Positions 33,913 through 47,003 of a stretch of DNA of 64,000 nt are shown here, in pieces. The notes under the pieces are model-generated. The model made no database searches, was not told the origin of the DNA, and saw only the letters and a program-made list of their open reading frames with translations. The stretch is from Phaeosaccion multiseriatum (taxonomy: Eukaryota > Protista > Ochrophyta, other classes). The stretch lies in contig OZ218952.1 in the NCBI GenBank assembly GCA_965112735.1, positions 5,084,001 to 5,148,000 on the forward strand, written 5' to 3'. The translations under genes and the position numbers were made by a program. Each line of letters starts with the position of its first letter. Position 1 is the stretch's first letter.

Positions 33913-36900
33913 TCACTTCTTCTTGCCCTTGCCCTTCTTCACCCCTTCCTTGCTCCTCTTGTCTGCCTCCTCCTGCACCTTCTTCTCAAGAGTCCCCTGC
34001 AGCGCACGCCTTCTCGCGCTACCCCCCGCCCCTCCCCCGCCCCCCCCCCCCGCTGCCACTCGCTTCTTGATGACTCCATTGGTGATGTTGAGGAGGTTTT
34101 GATAGCAGGGCTCCGCCTTTTTGTTGGCGCGAATCTCCCGTTCGAGCATGGCCATTTCGTCGTCGACGTCCTCCTCCTCCGCCCCGCCTCCAGTTGCTGC
34201 TTTGGGTCGAGGCAAGGCCGCGGCTGCTGCTGCTCCTCCTCCTCCTCCTCCTCCTCCTCCTCCTCCTCCTTTCGACCCCTTCTTAGTCACCTTCTTCCCC
34301 TTTGCCTTCTTACCACTCTTCCTCGGGCCCACAGGCTCATTCAGCCAGTCGTCCCCAGGGGTGGGGCCCGGCTTACTCGCTGCCTTGCCCTTCTCTGCTG
34401 CCTTCCTTGCTGCTGCTGCTGCTTGCTCCCTCTCCCTCCGCTCCTTGGCCAGCTGAGCGAGGAGGGGCAGAGGTGGCTCTGACTGGGCTTGTGCCTGTGC
34501 CTGTGGCTGGGGCTGTTCCCTCAAGCCTCCCTCCTTGGCACCCCCTTCCACTGCTGAGGGCTGCGGTACACTCTCCTCTTCTTTGGCCGCGTTGCCCCCC
34601 ACCCCGGCACCGGCCTTCTCTGCGCTGGCACGACCCTCACTATCACCTCCACCATCCTCATCCTCCTCCTCATCATCGTCATCATCAGTTTCATTGTCTT
34701 GCAGAGCCCCAAAGCCAGTCACCCTCACAGTATCCTGCCCGTTCTCGCTGCCTCCGTCCACCCGCATATCGCTGCCATCGCCGCTCCCCTCCTCCAGCTG
34801 CTCCTCCTCTTCCTTCTCTTCCCCCTCCACAGTAGGGCCTCCAAAGCTCATCCCTTCATTCGTCAGTCTCAGAACCAGTTGCCGCCCTCCCCCCTCACAG
34901 TCCTCCGTCACGTGAGAAACCCTCATCACCCCCTCCCCCCCTCCCCCGGCGGGCCACTTCCGCTCGCACCACTCGTGCACCAGGGCCCTCTGCCTTGAAG
35001 TCAGCACTTTGGGCATGCGCATCTCCTTCACCGCCCGTGGCTCCTGTTGCTCCAGTAAGGCAGTGAAGGAGAAGTCAGTTGATGTCAGCAGGGCCATCAC
35101 CTCCTCGTCCGCCATCATGGGCGTCTTTCCCCTCCCTGCATCTGACTTGGCATTGTTCCTGCCTGTGGCAACGGAGCCAGGTGGAGCAGCAGGAGGAGGA
35201 GGAGGAGGAGCACCACCACCACCACCACCAGCAGCAGCAGCAGCAACAGCGCCAGCAGCAACAGCAGGTTCAGAAGCACCGCCGCCTCCTCCAGGAGCCG
35301 CCGAACAATCCGCACTGGCCATGGCAGTGGCAATGGTAGTCTCCTCCTCCGCCTCCACCAGCTCCAGCGCAGAGCGGTACTGCCCCTTGTCTTCAAAGTA
35401 GCGCAAGAGGCGGGCCAGAAACGGCGACCCCCTGCTACAACACTCCACATCTCCCACAATGGCACAGTGCCTCCTCGCTCTCGTAACCGCCACATTCAGA
35501 CGGCGGCTGTCGGACAGAAAGCCCACCTCTCCCCTATCGTTACTACGCACCAAACTCAGCACCACGGCCTCTCGCTCACCCCCCTGGAAGCCATCTACGG
35601 AACGGACCTCCACCCCGGGGTGCGTCCCTCGCAGAAGGTCCTTGAGCACTCCCACCTGACCGTTGTAGGGGGTGATGACGGCGATTTCGCTATCTCGCAC
35701 CCCCGAGCAGAGAAGCGCCTCTACATGCGCCGCGACCACGCCGGCCTCGGCTGGGTTGCTGAGGGCACAGGGGCATGAGGGCAGGGGGATGAGGGAAGGG
35801 GCATGCGAGCAAGTGGGTTGGTTGGGGGGGGGGTGGCAGCGAGAGAGAAAAAGAGAGAGCGAGAGGGCAGTAGGTGGTGTAGATACGTGAGCTTGGGCTG
35901 CGTGAGCGAGGAGAGGAAAGGAGAGGAGATGAGGTGGTTAGGGGCCAGTGAGTACTCTTCCCTTCAGCGAGGAAGAGAGGGTAGCTACGCTGGCGGTGAG
36001 TTCGTGCGGGCAAAGCGAAAGGAAGTGTTCTGCTAGCAGCAAGGCCTTAAGAGTGAGCTGAGCAGCGCAAGATGCGCCACGCACGCACGCACCCACGCAC
36101 GCACCTGCAAGAGCCGTGGCCGTCGTCGGACTTCCTCTCGTCCATGTCGCAGCCCGTCGTGTCGATGAGTAGCAGCGTCGCACATGCCATGCCCTCCTCC
36201 TCCTCCACCACCACCACCTCCTCCTTCTCCTCCTCCTCCTCGCCCCTCTGCTTCTCCTCCTTCCCCTCCTCCTCCTCCTCCTGTTGCTGCTGCCCGCCAA
36301 CATGCTCAAGGTCCGCGAGCTTGTGCTGTGCAACGGATGCGTGGCTCTGCAGGCCCCCATTGTACATCTCCGCACTGGCCCAGTCACAAATGGCGCTGTG
36401 CATGCGGTACTGCGTGTCCAGCATTACTGACACGCCCCCCTGTCCTGACACCCCTCCGTGTTGTGCCAGGAGACGGTCGAAGAGCGTTACTGAGAGGCCC
36501 TGCGCAGCCGCCGCTTTGGACTTGACCGTGGGTGGCAGCTGCTTGTGATCCCCGGCCAGAACAAGCCTGGAGGGGGAGGGGTGGGAGGAGGGGGGTGGGC
36601 TACGGGCCGCGAGGGTTGGCGAGGCGAAACACTTACATTCAGATCCGATACACACCAAAGGATACTCGGTATCCAGTATCGACCCTGGGTCTAATCAACT
36701 GAAGCTTAAACTTGAACTGGAAGTGGAACTGAAACTGAGACTCGAGGACACTCACCTCCGGCCTTTGAGGATGGGCAGCCAGCACGCCGCCTCGAGCGCC
36801 TGCGCCGCCTCGTCGATGATCACAAGGTCGAAGCTCACGCCCCTCAGCCGGGCAGACGCCGCACCCACGCAAGTGCCCAGCACGACGTTACTGTCGCGCA

Positions 36901-37889
36901 GCACAGAGCTCACTACACCCTCCTCGCGCTTACGTACCTACAGGCAGCGCCACACACACGCACGCACACACGCACACACGCACACACGCACACACGCAAA
37001 ACCGCCGGCAGCACAGGGTGGAGCAGAGTAACGCAGAGCGGAGCGTAAGGTCGGAGGTCGGGCGAAACAGAAAACACACAGCGTCTCCAGTTCAGTTCCC
37101 AATGACGGCTATGTGTAGCCCTCCCTTCCCCTCCCTCCCCCTGCGCACCTCCTTTCGGAGCAAGCGGAGCTCTCCTTGCATGGCTCTGCGCTCCGCCGCA
37201 GGCATTCGCTTGTGCTGCCTCCCTCCCGCCGCCGCCCCAGCTGCCCCCCCCCCGCCCCCGCTGCCGCCGCCTCCGAGCTTGCCCAGTATGGCCTTCATCT
37301 CCCCCCTTGCGTCCCTGGCCAACTCGGTTCCATCGCACCGCCCCACCACTGCCTCGAGGGAGAAGCCCTGCACTTCCTCCTTGAGCCGAGCGGGGTGCCC
37401 CATCCGCACCATCTGCAGGGGAGGGGACTGCGGTAGAGCAGTACGAAGGCGAGGAGCGCACTCCGACAGCTTCTCCAACACGTTGTCCACCGCAACGTTG
37501 GAAGGGGCTGGAAGCGGTGTGTGTGCGTGCGCGTGCGTATGTTTGTGTGTGCGGGGAGGGGTTGGGGAGGGAGAGCGATGAGAGAGAAACACGTGGTGGG
37601 GGTGGAGACACACGCCCAACGATGTTTTCCTTTTGCACCCATCTGCCGTCTCCCTCGTCTCAGCCCCGATGCATCCCTCACTCCCTCCCCCCTCCCCTCA
37701 ACATCCCTTCTCTCACCGCACACGAGGACTTTCCACCCCCTGGCCACGGCTTGCATGATGAGCTCCACCACCGCCGTCGTCTTGCCTGAGCAGACGGAGG
37801 GTAGGGGGGCACGCAGACAGACAGGGCAAGGCAAGTAGGGAAGGAGTATGGGCAGGTGGAAAGTGAGGGGGCTGGGAGAGGCGGCGCAT

Positions 37890-37936
<47 letters not shown>

Positions 37937-38002
37937 GCGACAGAGACACTGAACCTCAAAAGAGAGAGAGAGAGAGAGGTAGCGACAGAGACACTGAACC
38001 TC

Positions 38003-38036
<34 letters not shown>

Positions 38037-39138
38037 GCGACAGAGACACTGAACCTCAAAAGAGATGCTTTCTTGCCCTTCCCTCGCCGACTCGCGGTGC
38101 CTCCCGCATTCCCTCACCGAATCACCAACTGCCTCACCTGTGCCCGGAGGCCCGTGGATGAGCGCCACGTCATCCGTAGCCAGCGCCGCTTGGATGGCCT
38201 CCAGCTGGGAGGCGTTCAGCCCGTCATTCACCGGTCGTATCACCAACTGCTGTAGCTTGGCCGTCGTACCCTCTTTTACTGCGTCACGCTGGCGCTGTCC
38301 CTGCAGGAGCAGGCTGGGGGTGCCCTCCCCAAAGAGCACTTCCTTCAGTCGTTCGGCGGGGCCGTCCTCGTCCTTGCCGAGTTGCTTCAGCCCCTGCTCG
38401 GGCCGAGGGTAGAGGGATGGCGGTGTAGTGGTGTGGTAAGCGAGGCAAGCAAGGGACAACAACGAGCGCCCCCTCAAGGACACGAAGCGGGACATGCCCC
38501 GCCAGTCCCGCACCCATGAACGCACCCCGCTGCCTCACCTGCATTAGCTTGCTGTGCGTGGCCTCGCTGGCCACCACATCCATCCGTAGCGGCGCGGCGA
38601 GGGCCTCGGCAGCGTCCGCCGCGCTATCCGAGTCCCCCGACTCGTCATCGGCCACCACTTCCACGCTCGCCTCCGTCACCCTCCTCACCACCCCGCTCAC
38701 GCTGCCCGCCCCCGCCTTGCCTCGGATGCGCACCTCCGTCCCCGAGGAGAAGGAGTGCGCGGGAAGGGGGCGGCCCTTGTTGTCCGCCACGGTGAGGCAC
38801 GTCCGCCCGTACAGAGCGGTCTCCACGCCCGTGATGGCCAGCGACAGCAGGCTGAGGCCCTTGCTCTGGCACTCCTATGAGAGGGACAGAGGGAGAACAG
38901 TCGACAGAGGTCAGCGGGTGAGCCAGTCCTTCGTCCACAGGCTCCTGCTGCTTCTTCTCACCTGGGGCGTGAGATGCGAGATGCTGTCTGCAATCTCCTC
39001 TCTCTCGGCGGCCCTCTCCAGCTCCAGCAGAGCCTTCTGCCGCGTCACCCAGTCAGATACAGACACAGAGGCAGGCACAGGCACGCGTACAGGAATGTCC
39101 CCGCCCGGAGGTCCTGCCTCTCCCCCCGGCAAGCTCAT
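33913..39138 (-). CDS. IGHMBP2: SF1 (Upf1-like) helicase IGHMBP2/SMUBP-2 with R3H domain
   Basis: LLELERAAE N-terminus; Walker A HGPPGTG|KTT; SNVAVDN; FDLVIIDEAAQALE; LAGDHKQLPP; QYRMH; ITPYNGQV; SVDGFQGGERE; RRLNVAVTRARR; R3H-like LTSRQRALVHEWCE. Confidence 0.93.
37891..38062. repeat. Intronic compound minisatellite: 3 copies of (AG)n-GGTAGCGACAGAGACACTGAACCTCAAA
   Basis: Directly visible. Confidence 0.9.
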
Positions 39139-39509
39139 GGCTGATGAGAAGGCAAACAGGGAGAAGAAGATTTAGGTAGGGTGTTTTGAGTGTGGTTTCG
39201 TGTCGAGAGCAGCATGTGGTCGCGACATGACCTAAGGCTTATTCGTGTCGAGAGCACGAGGGGTGGTCTCGAGTCGGAGCCACGACTGAGCGCAGGGGAC
39301 AGGCTGGCGTACACGCGGATTCGAGCCGCACGGGCACACTGGATCTTCTCGGGATCTCCTCTTCGCACTGCGTGGTAATGACACGACCTTTTCCCTCCTC
39401 TGCTTGTCTTTCCCACTCTCTACTGGGCTGCTCTTACGTCCTCAAACGTTAAGACTTCAGCGCCCTTTCAGGGTGGGAAACAAGGTGAGAGACAGTTACA
39501 CACGTCACC

Positions 39510-42500
39510 ATGCCTGTTGCGAGTGCAGAGAGTACTGGAGATATGCTCGGGCTCTTCGACGACCTCAGCGCTTCGGGCGATAGACTCCAGCGACGGTACG
39601 ATGAGTGTGCTGCAGTTGAGAGTACCGTAGGCCTCGAGTACACGTTTGCCGAACGAGCGATTGATGAGGAATGGCTGATCTTTCAGGCATTGTTAGAAAC
39701 ATTGCGGAAAGCGAAGCTGTCCCTGTCTGGTATCACACTTGAGGGCCAACGCAAGGTCTTCAACAGTATGTGTCCTCATCCTGGTAACTGCATTGAGGGG
39801 TGGAATGGTTCCGTGCTGCCAAGCAGCTCTGAATGTTTGCACCGGTTATGCCATCTGCACTGTGGAGAGCTGCACGGACTCGGTGCACACAAGACTGCCT
39901 TCCGTCGCCGGCACTCATTGTCCATCCAGGAGACCGCCCCTGCTGTAAGAATCGACAGTGCCGAGAGTTGTTGCGCCAAGTTCCTCGCCTCCTCACTGCT
40001 CTCTTCACCCCTCCCCGAGAGCACCCTCTTGTGGGACGTATCTTCCTCCTGGAGTGAGCGATGCGCACAGCTTCCTGAACCAGTGCGTGAAGGCTTGGAG
40101 TGCGTGGGTCATAAGGTACGATGGGTAGGGAGTGGAGCTATTGACGAAAAGTCTGACACAGCTCGCTTTCGCTTCGATTTGGTCTCACTTGACCTCCACA
40201 CCCCCCCCTGAATCCCCTGTCGCTCGCTGTCGTTTACTTTTCCAGTCACTTTGTGGCGAGCTCTGCAGTCGCAATTTGTGTCCCGCCTGTGGCACTTGTC
40301 TGAGTCTGCTGGGCATGGAGTGCCAGCAAGGGGAGTGCGAGATTGCTGCGCATCTCGTGTCACGGGACGCCCTTCTTCCCACCTCCGGAGGGGGCGGGGG
40401 CTGTGGGGACAGGGGGGAAGGGGAGGACGGCTTCTTTCAAGACGTAGGGAGTGAAGACGTGTACGATGGGGCAGGAGACTTTGGGGGGGGGGGGGGCGAC
40501 GACATGTATGGCATCGCTTGGGAGGAGTTACACTCGGACGAACCCAGAGCGGCGGCGCCCGAGTACTCGGACACGCCGCACCACAGGCCGACGCGCAATA
40601 TTCAAGAGATGGTGGAGACTATAACAAATGGGGACGCAATATCGCTGCACCAACGTCAAGTGGCATGGTTAGGGCGACAGGGGGGCAACTCGGAGATAGT
40701 GGAGCTGATGCAGGCCTACTTTTACGGCAAGCCCTACCCACAGCGGATTGAAGCACTTTCGATATGCGCCAGCTGTGGCTCGAGCATGACTGCCATCCAC
40801 AGTCAACCTTGTCTTTGGACACAGGAAGCGGTCTTCCCGCACTACCTCGTGCTCGTGGACTATCAATGCCCCAGGTGCGGCCACATCGCCCTGGCGGATA
40901 CCTCCAGCCATGCCCTCTTTCGGAGCACGTATACCACAGTCTTGGCTTACAAAGCTGGCTTCGACTTTCTCGACCAAATCCGACGCAACGGTACTACAGC
41001 AGCCAACTGGACAGGATGCTGCGTGGACGGAGCATCTAGACTTGGCTTGACAGATGTGCTCACGATCCCTGCGGAGACTCTGAGAGCGCGGGGCAGGCAG
41101 GGCCTCATGGCCTTCCTCCTCAATATGGAGGGCGTCCTGGACCCCTGGCCGTGTTGCCCTATTTGCGGTCTGGACCCGTGGGCATTCGTTGTCGACGGTC
41201 TCATGGAGGGTAAGTGTTGAGCAGCCTCCCTACCTCCCTCCCATCCCTCCCATCCCTCCCATCCCTCCCATCCCTCTCTCCCTTCCTCCCTCCCCCCGCC
41301 CCCCCACCCGCGCCTGGCCTGCCTCTGTTCTCCCTTCTTCCCCCCTTCCCTCCCTGCCCACCGCTCCCCCCCCCACCCACCCGTCCCCCTGCGTACCCCC
41401 TCCTCTTCACTCTCTGTCCACCGCCCCCGCCCCTACCCCCCTACCCTCCTGCCTACCTCGTTCGCGTCCTCCCTCGCTGCCTACACACCGCCCCTGCTTC
41501 TTCTCTGCCCCCTCCTACTGCCTCCTACTCTCTCGCGGTATCAGCTGCTCTCCTATGTATTCCTTCCTCCCCATAGGGGCCTTACCCCTTGCCTCCCTCG
41601 ATCCGATCCTCCCTCCGTATATGCCCCCCCGCCCTCTTCTCCCCCCCCCCCTTTCTTTCCCCTTCTCCCCTTGATTTCGCTACGTCACTTCGTGTATGCA
41701 TCACGTCCGTCGTCCCTCGTCCCACACCCATGCCTCTGTATGCTTGCGACATGTGCACTCACTGATTCAGGCCTTCAACGAAAGTTGATGAATCTGGCTG
41801 AACCGACCAACTCAGTCAGAAAGGACCTCCCCCCGCTGAAGCGCTTACACTTCGGGGATATCACGGAGCTTGGTTCTCGTCAGCAGCCTACACGCAGTGC
41901 CCTGCTGAGGTATGCACGAGTGAAAACGAGTGGCGGCAAGGAGGGGAAGCATCGTCCCCAGCTGACAAGAGAGGAGCTTACCGAGCTGCAAAATGGCGGT
42001 GAAGTACCGGAATGGGTGAAGGACTGTTTCATGTGGTTTGACGCTTTCGCGGGCTACAAGGCCGAGTCCGTGAGGTGAGGCAAGGCCACCATCATGAACT
42101 CTTCTTTCACTCTGCACCGCACCCTACACTTCCAATCGTCCAAACGCTCTGCCCCCCCCCCCCCTGGATATCCCCCCTGCCCCCCTCAATCCCTTCCCAT
42201 TCAAAGTCCCGCCGTTGGAGTCCCGACTGCGGAAGTGTTCCCTCCCCTCTGGAGATACTTGTGCAGGAACTTTGCGGCGGATGGAGCGTCGGACGTTCTC
42301 CCGGGGCTCAGTGGAGGAGTCGAAGGCGTTGAGGAGGACGTACTTTCAACAGCTTTGACGGGGCCTTTTGACGAGGACGAAGGAGTCTCACCAGACGCGG
42401 GGCACGAGGACGATGTGCACGTGCTGGACTCGAAGGAGGTAGAGAGGTGCGTCCTTGAGACAGAGAAGGCCTGGACAAGTCGCTCCGGCCTGTGCAGTTT

Positions 42501-45500
42501 TTTTGTCTGTACTGAGCTGCAACTGTCCCTCCTCTGGGCCTCGGTGCACCCACCGGCAGGTACATTTTCGGGACACACCTTTGGCTTGCAGATTGGCTGG
42601 AGAAGGACATGGAGGAGTGCCCCCCGGAGCTCTTGACTCGCCTCTGGAGGCACTACCCTCTTTTTGCCATGGCAGTGATGGAGTATAGGCTCCTGAGGGA
42701 GCGCCACGAGAAGGCCGTTGAAGAGGGAAGGCTCCACTTCGTGCACGAGGAGTGTTTTGCGCACAAGACACCCACTTTCCTTCTGGGGAATGTTCAGCGT
42801 AGGAATGAGGTGCGAAACCGCTTCATAGTCGTGTGTAAGGAGATGGACGAGGCGGACAAGGGACTGCACCGCCCCTTGGAGACGAAGGTCGTGTCGAAGG
42901 ACGATGACTGGGCACAAGGATTCTGCTGCTCGCAGACCTTCGAAAGTGTAAGTGGACAGCACCGCATGGGATCATGGCTTCCCCGCTTTGTGACCTTGCT
43001 GAGCTTTCCGCCCCCCTTTCCGCCCCCCTTTCCCCTCCCGCTACCCCCCGCTACCCCCCCCCCACCCACCCACCTCCTTTCTCTCATGTCCAAAACCATG
43101 CGCTCCGTACTCCTGCCTTCGAACCATTCCCCCCCGCCCTTCTGGCTCAACCCTGAACTCGCCTACTTGTCCTCTCGCCTTTGTGTGTTGTTGGGCCTTT
43201 TTCTCGTCTCTTGTACCGCAGAGACCGGAGAGGCGACCCTACGCACAGGATGAGGAGAACCGCGGGCCTTCCTCAAACAAGACCGGAGTGGACAAGGACG
43301 ACGGCTTGTGCTGCAAGAACAGCAGCAGCTGTGCCAACATGTCGTCGGGCTTGTTCTTATGCTTCTGTTCTCATCGGTTCCCGCTCGCCCAGCTGTTCAT
43401 GCCGAGGCCAGAGTCGGTGGCGTACCCTTTTGAGCTGATTCGACGCTGGAGTGCTTCAAGTTCCAAGCACGCGAGAGTGCTATGGATCTACGACAACGGT
43501 GAGCTTAACGCGTCTGAGGGTTGTTTGTGGGGAATGAGTGTGGAGCCTTTGAAGCGGTGAAGGCCCTCTCGAGGGTCGGGGAGGAGTGTGCAGAGTCTGG
43601 TAGTGCTGCTGGTACAGTGTTTATGACGTCCCGAGGTCTTTAGAGGGTTCGGTGAGGAGTACTGAGGGTCCGGCGATGCTGCCGATGCCCCCTGTACTCC
43701 CTCTCGACTCCTCAAAGGCCGCGGGGACAAGTAAGGACGGTTCCGCAGCACTGCTAGTATACTCTTCACACCTTTCTGACATCTCCAGAAGAGTCGGAAA
43801 AGTGTGGAGGGGTCAAGCTGGGCCTGCGAGAAAGTCCTGGTCACTTGTGCCTGTCGTGTGACCCCCTCGGGCGTGATTCGGTGCCTGACAGGGTCAGACA
43901 TGAGCAGAATCGAAAGTGTTTGGGTGGAGGGAAGGGGATCAGTGACTGCGGCACCGCTTAGTAATCTGCAGAGGGGTAGAGGATGCGTAGGGGCAGCTTC
44001 AGACCAAAAATAGTGGGGCAAGTTGGTCATGCCGGCTTAAACGCTGTGCAGGTGGTCGTTTTCCCTGTTTTGGGGCAGAAATGAGAGGGATTTGCTACGC
44101 TAACCTGTGAAGTCAACCTTGTGGGTTTCTACCCCAATGTCTGATTAGGTTTCCTTGTAGCCCTGACCAAACTCAAACGATCCGCGCTAGATTTCGGCCA
44201 AGCGTCCACCATGGTGACCCAGGGGGGGTGATTCAGTGACTTACTTTGGCGGCACGAGCAAACTGGGTGCCGGTTTGGCCCAAGCAGAGGAGGTGAATGG
44301 ACTGCTGCATGTTTGAGGGTTGGTAGGATTGTAGAGGATCCTTTATCTGAGCTCCTGACAAAGAGATTCGGGAAAATACCTCCGGCTTGGCTGACACGTA
44401 ACAGGGGTGGTGATCTTCCCCAAGCTGAGACGCAGAGGGGGAGGGCCAAGACCACCTGTGAAGTCACTGGTGCAGGGTACATAGATTGGTCAGGCCCATG
44501 TTTCCTTGTGCGCCTCACCAGAGGCAAGCGATGCGCGCTGGGTTTGTGGCAAGGGTCCACCATGGTCACGTAGGGGGGCTGATTCAGTGACTTAGTCGGC
44601 CTGACTTTTTTTGGTTGTGGGGGGGCGGGGGGGGGGGGGAATGCCCGTACTCATTCCTGGTGCTTCTGAAGTGATACAGAGTGTGTATGACGCCCTGTTC
44701 ATGCTTTGTTGGTGCCTCTACAGTGCTCTGCGATGCCTCAACCCTGTACCGCTTCGCCTCCGAAGGGATTGGAATTTCCTTCAGTGTCACTGAAAAGGGT
44801 TGGAAGTGCGGCAGGCAGCGTCCGTACCCCCTCTGCTGCCTCCGCGGTGAACAGAGTGTGCTGGGTTGATGCAGCAGTTGCCAAGGAAATGCCTAACTTC
44901 TGCTCTCCGTTGCTCTGCGTTGCTCTCCGTTGCTCTCCGTTGCTCCTCTCCTCGTCCTCCTGGCCCAGTGTGTAAGCTGCACAAGTACATCTTGTACCGG
45001 GACCCGCGCCTACTTTTTCGCATCAGGTTTTGCCTGGACCGCTTTCATTTGCCCAACCATGTGGCCTGCAACACCCTTTACGGCATCTTGAGTTTGATGA
45101 AACGGTCAGCGTACGAGAAGAATGTGCCTCTCTTGTTCGAAGAGTACAGGTAAACTCCCCCCCCCCTCTCTCTCCTGCCCCCTGCCCATACCCTTGAATT
45201 GGGTACATTCCCCTGGGCAATTCAGTTTCCCCACAGTGTAAGAACTCAGCCGCCTTCCCCGTCGTGATTGTCGTCTCTTCCTCAGCGTCTTGCGAAGCCT
45301 TGACACCCAAGCGGCGGAGCAGAACAACAAGGAGGTTCGCAAAATCGCCACGCAGGTGAAGGAGAGTCTCGGGCTACAGCTCACTCAAGTTTTTCTCCTC
45401 ACTTCCTTGCTTTTTGTGCCTGCCTGCCTTGCCTGTGGACTCCCAGTTGGCGCACATGTCGTCGCGCACAGCTCAGATGTACGTTAACGTTTTCTTACAC

Positions 45501-46996
45501 ATGGTCGCGGAGAAGAGACTGAAGGACATGGCCGCGGAAGGCTCACGAGGAGCAATCGAAGCGGTAGGTGCTTTACCCTGGCCCCCTTCCAGGCTTGCTT
45601 GTCAAAGTGATACATGTGTGTGTGTATGTTTGTGTGTGTGTGTGTGTGTGTGTCTCTCCTTTACAGGTCACCATGCCCGACATGGAGACCATCAGCCCGG
45701 AGGAAGAGAATGTTCGTTTCTGGTTGGCTTTGGAGGCTTCGGCTGACCTCGTCTGGGTGTCTCACTCGAAAACCATCCCACCTCTCCTCCCTCCATCCTT
45801 TTTACTCCTCTCACGCCGCACCCCTGTCCAGGAGCAGGTTGGCGAGGCCAGTTCCAGCCCTCTTCTTGTGGGCCTCCGCCAAGGCCTCCATCGTGAGGCG
45901 CCTCAACCGTCGCCGCGGGGCGATTCGGTGGGCAGCGTCGTGCAGGAGGACGAAGGGGTAGAGGAAGAGAAATCCGAGGATACAGACCCCAGGGGGGCAG
46001 TACAAGAAGGAGAGGAAGAGGCACAGAGATCAGAAGGGAGAGGGCAAGGAGCAGGAGCATCAGAAGGAGGCGGGGAGGGGGAGCAGGAGTCACCGCCGGG
46101 GGGGGGGCGGGGCAGAGTCGCAAGCGAAAGAGGGGGCGACCTACAGAGGCAAACACGGCGGGGCTGCCGCCAGAGGGTGACGAGGCCGCCCTACAATGGG
46201 CCTTCCACGGTGGGCAGGGGGACGAAATTCTCTTTACGCTCTTCAACGCCGAGATTACGCGGAACACGCTACGGTGCCTGCTGTCCTTCACGTGGCTGAA
46301 CGACGAGGTGATCAATCTCTGCCTCGACCTTATGGCAGAGGACGACAAGACGAAGTGTGAGCTGGACAGCGAACGCCGCCCGACCCACTTCTTCAACTCC
46401 CACTTCCTCCACAAGCTCACCGACAAGTTCCTCAGCATGGACCAGTACGTCTACGCGAACGTGAAGAGGTGGACACAAGGCGAAAAGGTGGTGGGGGGAA
46501 ACGTTTTCGAGTGTGGCAAGGTCATTGTGCCGGTCAACATTCACATGCATCACTGGTATTTGGTGGTCATTGACATGGAGAAGAAGGTAGTGCAGTGCTA
46601 CGACAGCAAGTGGGGCAAAGGCGACCTCGCACGCAACGCTATCATGCTTTGGCTGCAGGACGAGCACGTGGATAAGCTCAAGAGTAAGTGTCTGGGCAAG
46701 CTCACCGCTGTGTCTTCTGTCTCTCATTAACCACCCCCCCCCCCTTCTTCCTCCTGTCTGCAGCGCCCATGGACATGGTTGGATGGCAGTCCCTGCCGAC
46801 TTGCAGCGACACGACCCCCTGGCAGAAGAATGGATACGACTGCGGAGTCTTTACTGTGTCCTTTGCAAGGTGCATCTATGAGGGCAAGTCCCTCAAGGAG
46901 GAGGTGCGGGAGGAAGACATGGGGGAGAAGCGCAATGAGATCGCGCGGATGCTGCTGAAGGAGGCGGAGCGGAGGAAGGAGGCAGGAGAGACTTAA
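39510..46996 (+). CDS. KDZ transposase with N-terminal Cys/His clusters, AT-hook and C-terminal Ulp1/SENP (C48) protease
   Basis: CPICG...FVVDG; GLFLCFCSH...PES; IYDN|VCKLH; LDRFHLPNHVAC; DTQAAEQNN; KRKRGRP; WLNDEVIN...HWYLVVID...YDS...QKNGYDCGVF. Frameshifts were seen only at homopolymers 40201-40208 and 46098-46107. Confidence 0.85.
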
Positions 46997-47003
46997 ATCT
47001 AAA

